Below the pieces are notes generated by a model. The model saw only the letters and a program-made list of their open reading frames with translations, did no database searches and had not been told where the DNA came from. From Perkinsus olseni (Eukaryota): a stretch of DNA of 44,449 nt. Where the stretch lies: contig JABANN010000273.1 in NCBI GenBank assembly GCA_013115125.1, forward strand, positions 1 through 44,449, given 5' to 3'. Shown one piece after another: positions 11,139 to 26,100 of this stretch (its first letter is position 1; the number at the start of each line of letters is the position of its first letter). A program made the position numbers and the translations under genes.

Positions 11139-14100
11139 CTACTGGTCTGTGTTCAGGAACAGAGCTACACCTTGCAAGATCCACACGCTAGGATGCTCAC
11201 GCGTACCTACGGCCAAAGAGCTGCGATCAGCGCGACAGCCTCGAGCTAAATATAATCTTACGAAGGTTGGCCTCGAACACAAGGCCGTTCCCCATGGCGT
11301 CTCGCCTCTTGGGGGTCAAATACACTGGAGTTGGCAATGACTCTCGCAGCTTCAACCGGGCAGCTTCAACAGGAATAATCTGATAGAAAAACCAATAAAA
11401 CACCCTCCCCCACAGCAGAGCCTACTTGTATGAGAGGCATCAGTACGACAAGCTGCTTTGGGTGCTGTCGGGCCAGTTCACCCCGGTCCACATCCCAGCG
11501 GGCTCCTTCCAAATAAAGCCCCTCCACATACGTTCCAAACTCTAGAGGTTCGACAACGTCCTCGGCTGTCATCATCTTCGTGACCTGATCGACGCCCCAC
11601 AGGAGGCCTTCCGTCGCCCTCTCGAAGATCTCTCACCTGAGTGTACAGAGTTGACTTATCTAAGGGCCAGCCTCTCTTCCGACAAGCTGCTTGAACGAGT
11701 GCTGACAGTAACGACTCGGGGACGTGCAAGCCAGCCAGCCACATGACGTTGGGGTCTCCCTCGGCGATCCATTTACTGTACTGTTCCAACCTGGCAGGGC
11801 AGAGGAGTGCCGTCTATCGAGAGAGGCGACGGCGCAAGCAGGGACTGGTCCATCGCAAGCTTCATTCACCTTCTTCTGAAATGATCCATCCAGCTGCCGA
11901 GTGGCTTCTCGCTACGAGGGGCCAACCGTGCCCAGTGGTTAGGAAGGAAGCCATTGAAAATAGAAGTCCCGAGCTCGTCCAGTTCGTTCGACATACCGAT
12001 TTCACCCACAAGGGCTCGCCCGAGATCAACTAGCGTGTCATACCTGACTGAAGCACTGACAACAAGCGACGAAAGGCCTCCCCTTACATGCTGGTCGCCA
12101 GAGCATTAAAGCGATCCACTTCCTGCGACAGGACAACCTCAGTCGGCGAGAGAGGCCCCTCGTCCTTGACGAACTTCAAGTCCTTCTTCGGGATCGCTGC
12201 GATGATATCCTGGCCTACAACAGAACACGAGACGATTTTCAAACGACTAGCAAATGGGCGGGCGTCACATGTCTGCTGAATGAACGCTTCTCTCGACATC
12301 CCTCCACCGCCGCTCGTGTCACCAGCTTGCATGGACAGCACGCCAAGCCACAGGTCCTTAGCAGAATTCGAGAAGTACCTTTTGGCAGAAAGCTCAACTG
12401 ATTAGAGACTGTTAAGTATATTTCGCTTATAGTCCTATCTTGCTTCGATAAGAAGCTACGCTGAAGCTCAGCTGAATGGCGGATGCCGAGAAGAAAGACG
12501 ACAGAAAGACGTTATAAGGAGATGAGAAGAAGACGTGTAAGGAAATGAAAGTTGCGATTCCAGACGGCAAAAGTCGGGCGTCTTGTCAATCGGTCGGTCT
12601 CTAACAAGACAGTACGCGAACTCGTACGTGATTTCTGCGTTCGGATGCAGTCCGAAGACCGCTGGCGACTGAGTGATCGGCAACGCCGTTATTGTGGTGA
12701 CGTAACTGACACAAGCTCCGGGAGAGGGAGCCGGCCGGGCGTAGGGATCTCACGCTTCGACGTCTAAGCTTCCCTTAGGGACGGTGTAATCATGACCGGA
12801 GCGACTGAAGTAGAAGTCTTGATTCTCATCGAAGACAAAGTCGCCCATGTACTCCTCAAGGTACGTACCTGACAGATGATAACATCTTTCGGATATCTTA
12901 TCCAGCAGTGAGGAAGATAAACAACTTCTGAGCCAACCGGGACGACCAGAGTCTCTCACGAGAAAGCAGTAGCAGTTAATTTCATCATTCGCCGACTCAT
13001 CCACACGTAAGCTGTGCTTGCTTCTTCTCATTCAGTCGGCGTCGCTTCAAAACGAGTCATGTTTCCACACAAATTCACACTCTTATTCCACCGCTGCGTC
13101 GACTGCCTTACACAGGACTCTCCGATCGTAGTTGTCAGTAACCCGTCCGCCATACATAGCCTCTCCGATCAAATACCGCATAGTTTCCCACGGCAAAGGA
13201 TCGTTGCTCTCCTGAGCCTTGTCGATGTATCTGAGAGAAGAGTCCAGCAGGACGATCGGCGCTAGGCGCCTACAACCGCAAGAGCTGGAAGGAGATCTTG
13301 AAATCAGATTCATTGAAATCATAGGGGACGTTCCAGCCGATGCTGCCGTATTTTCTCCTGTCTTGCACCACAGCATGGAAGAACGCCAAAACGAATATCA
13401 GTGGCTTGAACGCGTCATGGGTACCTGCCGACTCGGCAGTTCTATCTGGGTGAACCTCGGCAGTGCCGAGGTTCACCCAGATAGAACTCAGAGAAGAATC
13501 TTTCACATTCGTCAAGATCAGCGTCAGTGATCTTAGCATAACTCTGCTTCATATTCAACTTCAGTCCATCCGGCGGCTCGGTGACGACCTTCAAGCTCCT
13601 CTGCAAGATACCCAAGGGGAAGGCCTGCGTCGGCTGAGTCGTCAACCACAACCTGGCAGGAGAGTCGCTACGGCAGCGTATAGGTCGGTCGAAAAAAATG
13701 GTCCACAGCTGATCTAATCCATTCCAAGTTCGAGATATCGGAACGAGACCCAATGAGCTGAGTGGCTCATTAGACCAGAAATTTGTGAAGCTCTGGAACG
13801 GTCCTCGCTCCTTGTCCAGAAAAATTATCTTAAGAGTTTTTCTCTGCTGAATCAGCAGTGCTGATCCCGCGCTCACTCTCGTACACGAAAATGGTGGCCA
13901 TAGGATTATGAATATAGGTTACCTCGCGAATTCTTTATAGGTATTGTAATGAAGTAACAGTAGCAAAGATATGCGCAGGTTATCATCTCAATAATATTGA
14001 GCAGCGTCCCCTACGCCCTCATGAGCACCTGAAGTCACTATGTGGTTTGTGCATTCCTTCGAGTATCGTCTCCAGCGTCCTCAGCCATCGTGTCAGGAGA

Positions 14101-17100
14101 TGGCAGTTTTGTAGCATCACCCAGTGACCTCGCTGGTACCTGCCCATCATACTCTAAGAATCCAGCACTCGCCTCGTATCAACCTACCCAGCCTCGATAC
14201 TGGACTGTGCCACTGGTCCCATGCCCTGGCCCAACGCTAAGAATCGGAATCGACTCGGTGCCGTGAACCCCAGCTTCTCGCCGAGCTGTTGGACCTGGCC
14301 AGCCTCCGTGTAAATCTCAAACCGCGAAACAAACGTACATCGCTCTGAGGGTCGGCTCCGGGAGATAGGATAAACACAATCGGACTCTTCTCGTTGGACT
14401 GCTGGAATATCTTGTCATAAACCAAAGATGGTGGTTGGACCTGTCCGACCGCCACAAGACGACTGAGCTTCTCATCGCGAACCCCAACAAAGAGAGCATT
14501 CCAGAACCTTCCGTTCAGTAGGCCCTCACACAGAGCCCGATCCGGCACCCCCCATCTCCGCCGATTCTCCTCGATGCCCACCATAATGGCTTACGTAATA
14601 TTCTCCTAATCGCCACATAATGAAGTTTTTGATAGCATTCACAACACGATCAGTCCGTAGACAGCGAATCTGGCAAGGTGACTCTGCAACTGCCACCGCC
14701 CCCGCGACACAAGGCCCACCACAAGAAGCTGTTGGAATGGATCGCAGGTCTGGTCATAGCCCATCGGCATGGGGGAGCTCTCGGGCTGCTCCAAATCGAA
14801 CCATTCCTGAACCCCCACAAGGCGCCAGAAAACAGAGCGCCGACCTCACCCTCCACAGCAAGCCTCCCTCGGCACTGGACACGTCAGAAATGATATTCTC
14901 AAAGCACTCACCGAGGCCAGGCAGTACCTACCCTTCCGCAACTCAGCCCATCATACACTCTCAAGCGAACCCACCTGCATGTCCTTCCAACCGGTATCGG
15001 GCAGCCAGTCAGGGTGAGGGTTCGGAATGGCAACCTTGACAGTAACGACGCTTTCGTGACCAAATTTTTGTAGCGAAGAAGGACGCAGAGACCGATTCCG
15101 GCCATCTGCGGGAACCCCGACGCGCAGAACAATCATCTGTCGAAAGAGGAAAATTGGAAAAATCTTAAAAGCGAAGATATCCCAGCCCACAGAAATTCAA
15201 TCCCAACTACTTACAAACCGTAACAATCGTATCATTCGGCCCGGAGTTAACCTACCTTTTCCAAGCTCGGATTCCCTTTAAGGAAGAACTCATGATCTTC
15301 CCTGACGAGCTCGTCCTCGCCTTCCATTATCATACAGGTCATTTGGAACGAGTAGAGCAGCTTGTGGCGCTCAAACAACTACATCGCGAAGGGCAGGCCT
15401 CCATGAACAGACCAATCCAGATGATGCTTACCCCCATGCAAGTGAAATCATAGACGTTCTGAGTAAGCTTTTCTCTCACATTCTTCAGCCGATTGTCGAT
15501 AATTTTATCAGGTTTGGCTTCCCGAAGCGCCTGAGATGGATCGCCATCGCCAACTCACAGTGTGCTCCTCAGCCGACCTGCTCAAACACCGCTAGATAGG
15601 ACCCGAGAGAATACTCGTACATCTCGGAGATGGCACTGAGGCCCTGCGTTGCGAAATACCTGTAAAACCGATGGAAGGATTCTCTCGCCAGAAGACCGCC
15701 TTTCTTCTCACAGTATGCTGCCCCTCTTAGCAACTTCCGAGTATATCTCCCTCGTGTTATCAATCTCCACACTCGTCCGTGCTGCCGTCTCAAGCGCCTA
15801 CTGAGTAACGACTATAAACCACGCCCAGACAGGCTGTGGAAGCATCCCGCGTGACCCATTTTCTCAGCGGAAATAAACAAGACTATCTTATAGGGAATTT
15901 CCTGCAGATTTACATTCTGTTATCATATGTGTCTGCTACTGTGTCGGGCTCGATACAGAATCTGCACATCGACTCCAAGCGACTCGTTGAAGAGCATGCC
16001 AGCGGCGGGAACACACGGGACGGCTCCCCCCTGCCAGATCCCCGACCCTCAGCCACACAACCGACCTCTGTGATCTCAAGAGCCTTCGTCTTAGCCGTCT
16101 GCAAAGTCTGTATGAGATCCTCGTTGTCCAGAATAGAACCTGAATATTATGCGATGGAGAGGTGCGGGCATGTCGTGTAAAGTCTCCTCACCTTTGGATG
16201 CCGCCAGTTCCCTCAGCAGCGTATCTTCTAGATTTTTCTGTATCTTAACCGTACCAGAAAATCCGCCCCAAATTTCCGAAAATTATCTTCCCCACCTGTC
16301 GATTTTCGCTCATAGACTGAACCAGTTGCTGCCGCTCCGCCTGCAAGTCAGGCCGCTCGAATCCGACCACCACATTCAGCAGCTGAGCCGCCAGTCCATC
16401 CAGTGTAACCTAGCCAACCATCATCAAACAGGCGACGAAGGCTCCACCCACCGTGTAGTTGATGATGGATACCTTCCCCATAACCTCTGGAGAGTATCTT
16501 GGATTCGATATACGAGTTGTCATGAAGAGTACAAAGGTATCAGACCACTCAATGGTGTTGTCGCCCAACGTGAGCATCTTCTGACCGTTCTGCATCACAT
16601 ACCTAAAAGAGCACTTAAGTTTCGCCCGCAATACGAAAAACAAATTTTGCATTCGCGAGAGATGTGTTCTTCGCGGAATGGTCTCCACCGCCGACTGTAA
16701 TTCCCATGGGGATCTGACTTCATACCACATCTCGCGATTTTCATCATCTCAGGTACGTGAAACTCCAGTCGTGAGCCCGAACCAACGGTGATACCAACTT
16801 TCTCCTCGTATCAAAGGCATTCCTAGCCCTCTGCTATCCCTCCGACGAGTATCCCACCTCTTCTCCAGCACCGGATCGATCATGGGATCGATTTCCTCAT
16901 CGAGGTTCTCGAACAGGAAGGGCTTGCCGTACTGTATAGCCAGCTCAAGATATCTGATAAAACCAACCAATAGTATACCCGAGAAAACAACTTCTTCGAA
17001 GTCACCAGCCACGAAACTCGCCTATCTCAGATCGCACGACCGAATCCCTCATTTGCCTCGCACACTCATCAGATCATGTCCGCTATTGTCCACCCTCCTC

Positions 17101-20100
17101 TAACCCGCATCTTCCATTACTTAATGTATTCGTCATTGAAGGTCTTCACCGTCAACCCGCCGTTGGACTTCTCCTCTTTCTTCTTCAACCACGTCACAGC
17201 CTGCATCTGAGAATATTCACCCGAAAACCAACAATTCCTAATCGAGATACACCGGCGCCGGGCAGCGCCGCCTGGTGGTCCTTCCTCAACGGACAAGGCC
17301 TCTCGAAATACTGCTGCATCTACTAGCTATTGCCATCAGTGAGAGATCGATCAGGGATCACCGGTGATTTTCCCTCACCTGCGGGTCCACACAAAGCGGG
17401 AACCGATTAGTTCTCGTAGTCAGGATGCCGTTCTGGACGCTCAACTCATCACTAGGCAGACCCTGCGAGCTCCACAGCGCCACTTCAACATCCGACGTCA
17501 GCAGAGCCTCCAATCTGAGCATAAATACAGCGTTGAGGAAACGCAAGAGAGCAAGTGGACCCACTTGAAGTCTCCACTAGTCGGTATATCAGCTTCGACC
17601 ACCCTGTGGTGCCAGTCACCATAGAGCATCTCATTTCTGAACTGATGATTGAACGGCCCCGCATAGGAGATGAAGGCCGACCCCAAAAGACAGTCGCCAA
17701 CCAACCGTTTCTTCTTTTCACCTAGAAGAGGGAAATCATACGTTTGCAACCTCTCCATAACAAGCAAGCTTCGACCAAAGATACTCCCGCTTGCAACAAG
17801 GTATTTCTCGTTTGCCCCAGGATACCACCGACCCAGACTTCAAGCCCCCTCCCTACCTTGGAGTGTGATATCCTCAGACCATCTCGCCCTCTCCGACCCC
17901 AAACCATCAATCAACTTCGACGCTGCCTCCAACTTCCTCTGCATCGTGTCCGCTTCCTCCTCCAACGCCTTCAATACCGCACTCTGTTTCACTTCCTCCT
18001 CGCTCAACTTCTGGATATTCTCAGCCAGCGTCCTCAGCTCCTCATTAATCCTCTCCAAATTAGCCTCAGCCTCCTCCTTTTTCTGCGTCAACTCTGCCAC
18101 CAACTTCCTCTTCGGCTCCACCGTCCGTGCCACCTCGTGGTACTTGATCATCGCCTTCACCCACTGCAACAGGCCGAACCCCGCCTTTGAGATGTTCTTC
18201 ATATTATCCCCTTCGAACACGTCTTTGTCTTTCGCCAGCAACTCCTTGATCTTCTTGATCTGACACGAGTAGTGGAGAAAAAGTAATAACATGAAACGCT
18301 TCGCTCCGCCTTCTCACCTGCCGGTCTTTCATGTCATCCTTCTTATATACCTGCAGAGCCCTCAATAGTCCAACATCACTCAGCATCTGCTTGGCCGCGG
18401 CCCAACCTGCAATATCCCATCATCAACCTCTGGGTCCTTCCCAATTCACCCAAACGAAAATCGCCGATACATGAATTCCCAGCCCGCCGACAGCCGCCAC
18501 GACCGATTACGAAACGCGAACTCCTTAAGTAACAAGATCTCCCGAAAACACGCTCGCTAAAAAGATACTCCATGATTCCCCCAGATCCGTGCAAACTAAC
18601 CTCCATTCTCATCCTCCTTGCCCAAGGGCTTCAATATCAGCACACATTGACAGACTATCATAACCGGTGCCGGAGGGCTGGCCATAGACTTCACTTCGGT
18701 GATGTCTTTCTTATCGAGTTCTTCCAACGCCTTGGCCGCCATATCAAGCGCTGGCAAGGCCCTGAAGACACAACCATCACAGGCACACGAGCGTCAAGTC
18801 CGAACCAAGATACGGGAAAAAATCTGTGATACAGAAAAGACACGATCGATGAACGCCCTCTGCAAAATAACGTACACACATTCACGACTGACCGATTGGC
18901 TTTTTGTGATATAGCGCCCAAAACGCGACGGAGGAAGTGATAGATGATGAAGAATTTTCCGTAAATTCCGAATCTGTAATTATTTCAGTCTCATTATTGA
19001 GTATGATAGCCTCAAGAATCCTAAGAATGCATCCTGAACCCCCGGCCGTATCGATTTGGTGATCCAACCCACTCAGCCAATGCTGTATCAGCGTCCTCCT
19101 TTTCTCGCTGTATGATAACATTATCATCAGCGATCTGCTTGGCCTGCTCATTGGCAACCTTCTGATGCTTCGACACCGTGATAGACTTCTCGTTGATCTC
19201 TTCGATCAGCGTGCCCACTGCTAAGGCCTTCTCGTCAACAACGACTTTTTTCTCCGCTAAATCCTTGCCTGAAGACAAATGAAAAGAAATCACCAGCCCT
19301 GTCTACAGAGGACCAAAGTCGACCAAAGATTCCATCTTACGGGCGTCAATTGCGTAAAGATTCTCACAGAGAGGCATACAATAATAGACGACGTCCCAAA
19401 ATCTATGCTTGTTTCTGAGATCCCCTTCAACGGAAACGGCGAGACGCTCCTTGGCGCATTCGTGCAAAGAAATCTACGAAGAGCCCTCCGAACGTTCACA
19501 GGCCCTCGGGTCAATTCCTAGATAATTTTAGTGCCGCAAGTCCACCCAGTCCCGCACACACGTCCCTCCTCCACGACTAGCCTTCAGCGCGACTTACTCA
19601 TCACTGTCACTTGATTGGCCGCCTGAATGAGTTTGTCCAACCCTCCACCCAATCGCTGCGTTTGGGCATCAATCGTTTTCCGATTCTTCGCCAACAGGTC
19701 CTCATAACCCGACAAAAAGTCCAGGTAATTTTTCGGAGTCGCGAAGTTGCGTCTTTTGAACCTACGGAACGGGAGCCTAGGCGCTCAGAACCACCTGCCA
19801 ACTCCATCACAGCTCAAACCAAGGCAAGTCACCCTCGCGTTGCGGATGAGAGACTCTCTGATCATCCCGCGACGCGCGCAAACCGACGGCTTCTCGGTTG
19901 TCAGCATAGAAGGCATACTGAATCCCTTAGATGTAATAGTGTATCGTAATTTTTGTCAAAATTTTTCCTAATTAAACAATCTACGAATCTCAGGATATGA
20001 ATACGGCAGCAGAAATGAATCAATACGGAACGCAAAATTGAGGCGAGGCCCGCCAGAGGACTCACTTTGCCTCGAAATCTGGACTGTACTTGGTGGTCAC

Positions 20101-23100
20101 TGAAAGGTGCGCCTCACAAATGAACTGATTAATATCCTGTCTGTTATCAGCGGGAACGTCACACCTGGCAGCAACAGGTCCCAGGTTCGAGTCCCACACC
20201 CGGCACTTTTTACTCTGCCAATAACTGAGTCGCCACTGCCAATAGAGCGTCTGTAGGCCACGGCTGGAACCAGTCGATTGTCGTACACGTCACAAGACCC
20301 GGGAAGTTCCTGCAACGCACTCTGAGGGCAGAGCCAGCCGGACTCATCGCCAGCACCAAGTGAAGCTGAGATCTGATATGATTGACCTGAACAAACGCGC
20401 ACTTCCACATCTTTTCACGAGCGATATTTTATGCTACTCGTACACTATCAATAGATTTCAGTATTCTATCAGCCAACTTGAGTAACACTATGATCAACGT
20501 CACCTTTCTATGCTACTCATGCACTACTAAAATGTATATCTCTAAGAGGCCTGCTAAAGGCGTCATAATCTACCCGTTTCCCAACGTCAATCAATTCAAG
20601 ACGGACAGATTTCAACACTTCAAAAACTGCGCCCCAAAGCCCCTCTTACGCAATAGCTCCACATGCGACTCTCACTAACTCCCTCCGCCTTAGCCTTGCC
20701 TCGCACCCCCGAGATCAAAGATTCCTTCTCGTCATCAGCGAACAATGCCGGTACCATCCCAACCGTCAGCATGTTATTAATATACTCCAAAAACCCCTCT
20801 TCAACCACATTCGCGTCCGTAAACAGGAACGTCTGCGGTCCCTTCACTGCCGCCTGGTACAGCGCCTTCAAATCCTCTTTCAAATTGCTATCTCCATACC
20901 CTCGGCACAACGTAATCTCATACAGCGCCTGCTCGGCCGCAAACGCGGCCAACTTCGTCAAACTCTGCTTCCCCAACCCTCCTATACCCACCAGAAGGGC
21001 ATTACCCTGGGGCAACCGCAATATCCGATGAATCCTCGTCATATGCCGCAGAGCGTCGACGAAGAGAACCAAGTTCATCGCGCTGTTGTTCATATTATAC
21101 AGCTCCAATACCGCCGCGAGAATCCCATTCACCGCCTTCCAATCGGTCATATCCTCATACAACCGCACCTCTCCGGTCGGCTCATCCGCCTCCAAGATGC
21201 TCACAACGTCCTTGAAGTCGCCGAAAACCAGCGGTTCTCTCAAAGCCTCTTCCCGACACTCCGGAAAATGCTTCTCAATAATCTCCCCCATAAGTTGATC
21301 ATCAACGTAGTCCCGCTCGCTGTCATTGATCAGTCGATCAGCATAAACTCTTCGAAACTCATGTCGCCACAGCCGCACCAATTTCGCGGCCGTCGTGATC
21401 ACCTGCGGGTCCGCCTGACACACACCCTGATAGACCCGAGACAAATCTCGCAAATTGAAAATATAATGGAACTTGGAGGGGCTCCTCGGAAGGTTCTCGA
21501 CCACGTCTCGGTGTAACGACAAAGTCACATTCGGCAGTCTCAACGCCATATGACGAACCTGAGGAAAACCGATGAAACCAAATCTTGCTCTCTTGCATTT
21601 CCCCAACGCACCTCATCTCCAAACAACACGAACATCCCCTTCAATATTGAGCTGTAGATCTTATCGATGGTCTCCGTAGACGGGAATGTAATGCCAATCG
21701 CACAGTACAGGCTGACGACCCGCGGGTCGATCGAATTCCTGCCCGCCCCAGGAGGCTGCATAGCCGCTATATGCTCAACATCTTGAATGATAATTTTCTC
21801 CAGATCTCCGCTCCGCTCGTACCTACCAATATCAAATCCGTCACTGCGCCCTGAAATTATCTCACATAAATCCTTTTTCCACAACAAACTTGAGCAGAGC
21901 CAACGGCTGCTGCGTCCCGTACTTATCAATCTTGGGCATCGACAAGTCGTCCACAAAGATGCGCAAAGTCTTGCCCTGTTCCGGTCCGAACAAGCGCCCT
22001 GGTAAGAAAAATCTCAAACGAAAGCTTCGCTCCGCCTACCTGTTCGCTTAAAAATATTATCCTCAATATTCCGCTGAAAGTCGGCCGAACTCGTCCGACT
22101 AGAAAAATTGATCAACAACATCTGACTCGTCTCCACCGGCTCGGTCTCCAGAGAATTTATGATCGTCACTGATTTTGCAGTTCCTAAAAATGAAACCTAT
22201 CCTGCTCTGAGAATGCGTAAAGCAGGACGCCAGCGAAAATCTTTTTGACGTCAAAATTTCCGAAAAATTTCCAGTCGACGAGGCGCCGAAGAATAACGAC
22301 AAAACTCCAATCCTGCGAGTCCTACCAGATTCGCCCACAAACAAGCACGGCGCCTTCACCCTTGCAAACTGCGACCGCAGCCACGAGTATCTTGTCGTGT
22401 CCACCGTGGGCACCAAAATGGAGTTGAAATCTCGATCAGGCGAGCCTTCCTCATATACAGCCACTCGCTCTTTCCATGGCACCCATTTCTCCCTCGCCGA
22501 ATCAAACAGCATCTCATACAGCGACTCCTTAGGCAACTTGACTTCGCCGATTTCGCTGAGCTTTTTCTCCTTCACCAGATTCTTCATGAAATTGTCGAAT
22601 TGATCCCGAGTTCGTTCTTCCAGTACCGAGCCAAGCGACCAAACCATCGTAAATATGAAGACCGCAGCGATCGTTTGGGGCTTCTTCTGACCAGCCTCCT
22701 CAGAGACGATCATGCTGTCGAAAATTCTGCTCAGTTGGACGACATAATCCGTCCCAACCTGGCTTCGGGGCAAGCTTCCCGCGAGCGGGCCATCGGACAG
22801 GACCTCCCCATCAACCCTACCGTCACAAAGGAGCGCCAAGCACGGCCTCACCCATTTCACAAACCTAAAAACACATCTCAGCGGAGCGAAGCAAATGCCA
22901 TTTTCACTACATTTCCATCAGAATTTTCTCCACCTTCTCCCCCTTCCCTCTCGCCCATCGATCATAAAATGGCGCCGGTCCAAGGTCCTTGTCATCAACA
23001 TAAACCATTCCACAACGCGAGATGGTAGCTGGTGAGGCGTACTGCAGATTGTCAACCTCAAAAAGCATCGCGCAATGCTTCTCCAGCCTTATCCGCTCGC

Positions 23101-26100
23101 CATTATTAAGCGTGAGAATTTTATTATCATCCATCACTGAGTTCATATTCTCGACCCACACCGCGTCAACATCACCATCATACAAAATATATCTTTTCTC
23201 CGCTCCCCTTCCCGCTGGCACCGGTTGATTGATATCACGGAATATTTTACTCAGCAGTCCATCCGTCCAGTCTCTCGTCGCCGGGTCCAGCACGCCATAC
23301 AGCTCGTTCACCGTAACCATCTTCGGGTTGATCGGGAACAAATGAGTAGGCGTATCGAAAGCTCGCTTCTGGGCCCCCGCGAGGCACTCAATGACCGCCG
23401 ACTTGCCAGCCATAGTTTTACCTAGTGAAACAAGTACTCCAGGGAGTGGCGTTCATCACCATCTAAGCGGACTTTCATCGAGGAAACTGGTAGTGGGAAA
23501 CCCGGACCCGAGTGACCCTAGAGTGAGCCGAAAACGACGGAAAGAAAATCACTGAAATTTTCCGAGCTCATTGTAAGGCTGTTGATTTCAATAGCACGCA
23601 CGCGCCTTCGCGCATTCAAGCGGCGATGAGAGCGAATTCTCTCCCGATAATAATTGATCCCAGGATGTTTAGAAATGCCCGTTCATTCGAGGGCAGTTGA
23701 ACGTTCAGCTAATAGTCAGAAGATGGATTTTTTCCCAGCCATTAAGACGGCGACAAAACTTTTCGAACCTTGGTGAATACTGCATTCGAGCTTCGAGCCC
23801 ATGTATTCCGCAGAAATGAGGAACATGCGGAGCCACCGGCGACTCACCAACGACCATCGTCGTGTGCCTCGTCAGCATCGTCTCATACAGTTGCATGACC
23901 TTATCCACTTGGAGGAGGTAGAGATCCTCAAATCGATGCTTCATGCTGCGACTCCCCAGCTCCTCCTCAATGGCCTTCTTCAAGCTTGGATACCCCACTC
24001 GTGGACACTCTAGACCAGGGAAGAGATCGCTGAGCAACCCCTGGAAGAGGGGTACCTGAGACCAGTGGAATCGATCGAAGGCCATTTGCGTTGACGACGT
24101 ATCCTATCACACTTGCCAGGAAGCCGTACTAGAACGAAATTCGGCGACCGAAAGACGGAGGGACAGATACGTTGATAACTTGAATCGACTCCGCCAGAAC
24201 ACATTTAAGCCGCCCAAAATACCCCTCCACCTTCCCGCAAGTCGCGAAATCAACTTGACCGAAACCTTGCCCGAAAACAAAACCCGATCACACGCCCTTT
24301 CCCCCTCGCAATTGAGCCAAGGCCTCCCAGCCCTACATCCTCCTTCACGAATTTGGGCATGTTCATGTCTCTGAGGGCCCGCATAAGGACAACATCCTCC
24401 GGCAGGTCGGCCGATGACCTCTTCAAATCACCAGCCATCACCAGAACCGACTTCAACGCCCGAAGCTTGAAGTCGTAATGGTACCTAAACCCCAGCCATA
24501 AATCTCCAGACAAACCGAATGCGGATATGGTAGTAGGCGACCTCGATGTCTTCCTCGAGCTTCAAAAATAAACAGTGAAAACGAAATCACTGGCGGAATC
24601 CAATGCCTCAAAGCAGGCAGCATACATTACAAACATAGTCACACAAACCGGATGTAAGCCAAGCAGCAAGCTTCAGTCGAATATGAGGGCTCCCGGACAG
24701 TGTCCGACGGACACAAGTTAGTATATGAGTTCTAAGCAAAGATTAACGAGTATAATGCACCAAAGACGGTTCGTAAACCTTTCTCCGAGAAGCTAAAAGA
24801 TCCCCCGGCCCATTATTACTGTTTCGAGAGCTGCCCCTGTGCCAGAGAGTACAAGACGGTCATCTTATTAGCCAACACCTTCGCCTTCCCGAAGCCCTCA
24901 GACATCAGCATATTCTCGCAAATCATAAGTAAGTCAGGAACGATCATGACCACCGGCCGGAACATCGCCTTCAGATTATCCGGCAACTCCGTCCGCCCAG
25001 CATACCCCGGATTCATAGTTATAAAATACCCAATCGTACTCCTCAGCGTCACGTCCCTTCCCAGCAGCTCAATCGTCGGACTGCGCTGGGCCAGCCCCAT
25101 CTGGATCGACTTGATCTGGGCACTCACGACCGACAGGACTTCCGCGTTGATTCGGTTGAACTCATCGAAGCAGCCCCAGAAACCAGCCTCTGCTAGGCCA
25201 GAGAAAATCGTTCCTACCACGTACAGTAACATTCAAAACGGAACGTATAGGGAACGATACGGGATATATAGGGTACGATATCCCCGATACTCACCCATAG
25301 CTTTGAAATCGAGACCTTCACCACAGTTAAAGACAACACATCGAATCGCCAGACTCTTGGCCAAGTCCTTCACCGTCTCAGTCTTCCCAGTACCTGTTCA
25401 GTAGCATGTTAGTCGCTGTTTACACCAGTACACTCTTTCCCGGCAAGGACGCTCAGAGAAGATACTTTCTTCTTGATGAGCTCAAACTCTAAGCGGAATG
25501 AACGTCTTCCAGAACTCACCAGCGGGACCAGCAGGGCTCCCTCCCAGTAGGAAGGTGAGGGCGGTGGTGAGAGTCATCACGCATCGATCAGTCAGCGGTG
25601 TGATGACTAGTCGACCATTGAGCCCCTGGTACTCATAACAATACCGGAACGACCCCGTACCTACAAACGACCCGGGTTCAATTCCCCCACGCCACATCCT
25701 ATTACATTGTTTTATCAATATGTCATCCAACCTCCTGTCCCACATGAACCTCAGCTGGCTTTCCCAAGCGAACTCCCTCGCGTCCAGTATCGAGTCCCTC
25801 ACAAATCGATCGACGATATCGCGAGCGTGCACGTCAAGAATGATCAGAGTATTCACGCACTTCCGATTGCAACTGCTCAGGTCCGTCCGTATCAGCTCCA
25901 CGAGCTGTCCTAGCTCATGGCTCTCCTTCCTCAACTCCCTCTTCATAGCGTTCTTATCGCCCTTCTCCATCACGCGCTTGAACGTGTCTTCGATGCTCCA
26001 CGTCCACCATATTTGAGTGCCGGCCAGCACGACCATACCCAACCTCGACAGTATCCACTTCGTTCGGGGCGTCGAGGGATACTGGTAGACAGCTTCCTTC

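Noticed and set aside
17670-18263. Long plus-strand ORFs opposite dynein exons (also 21028..21516 and 29828..30556)
   Set aside because: Antisense shadows of the stalk, AAA and tail coding exons.
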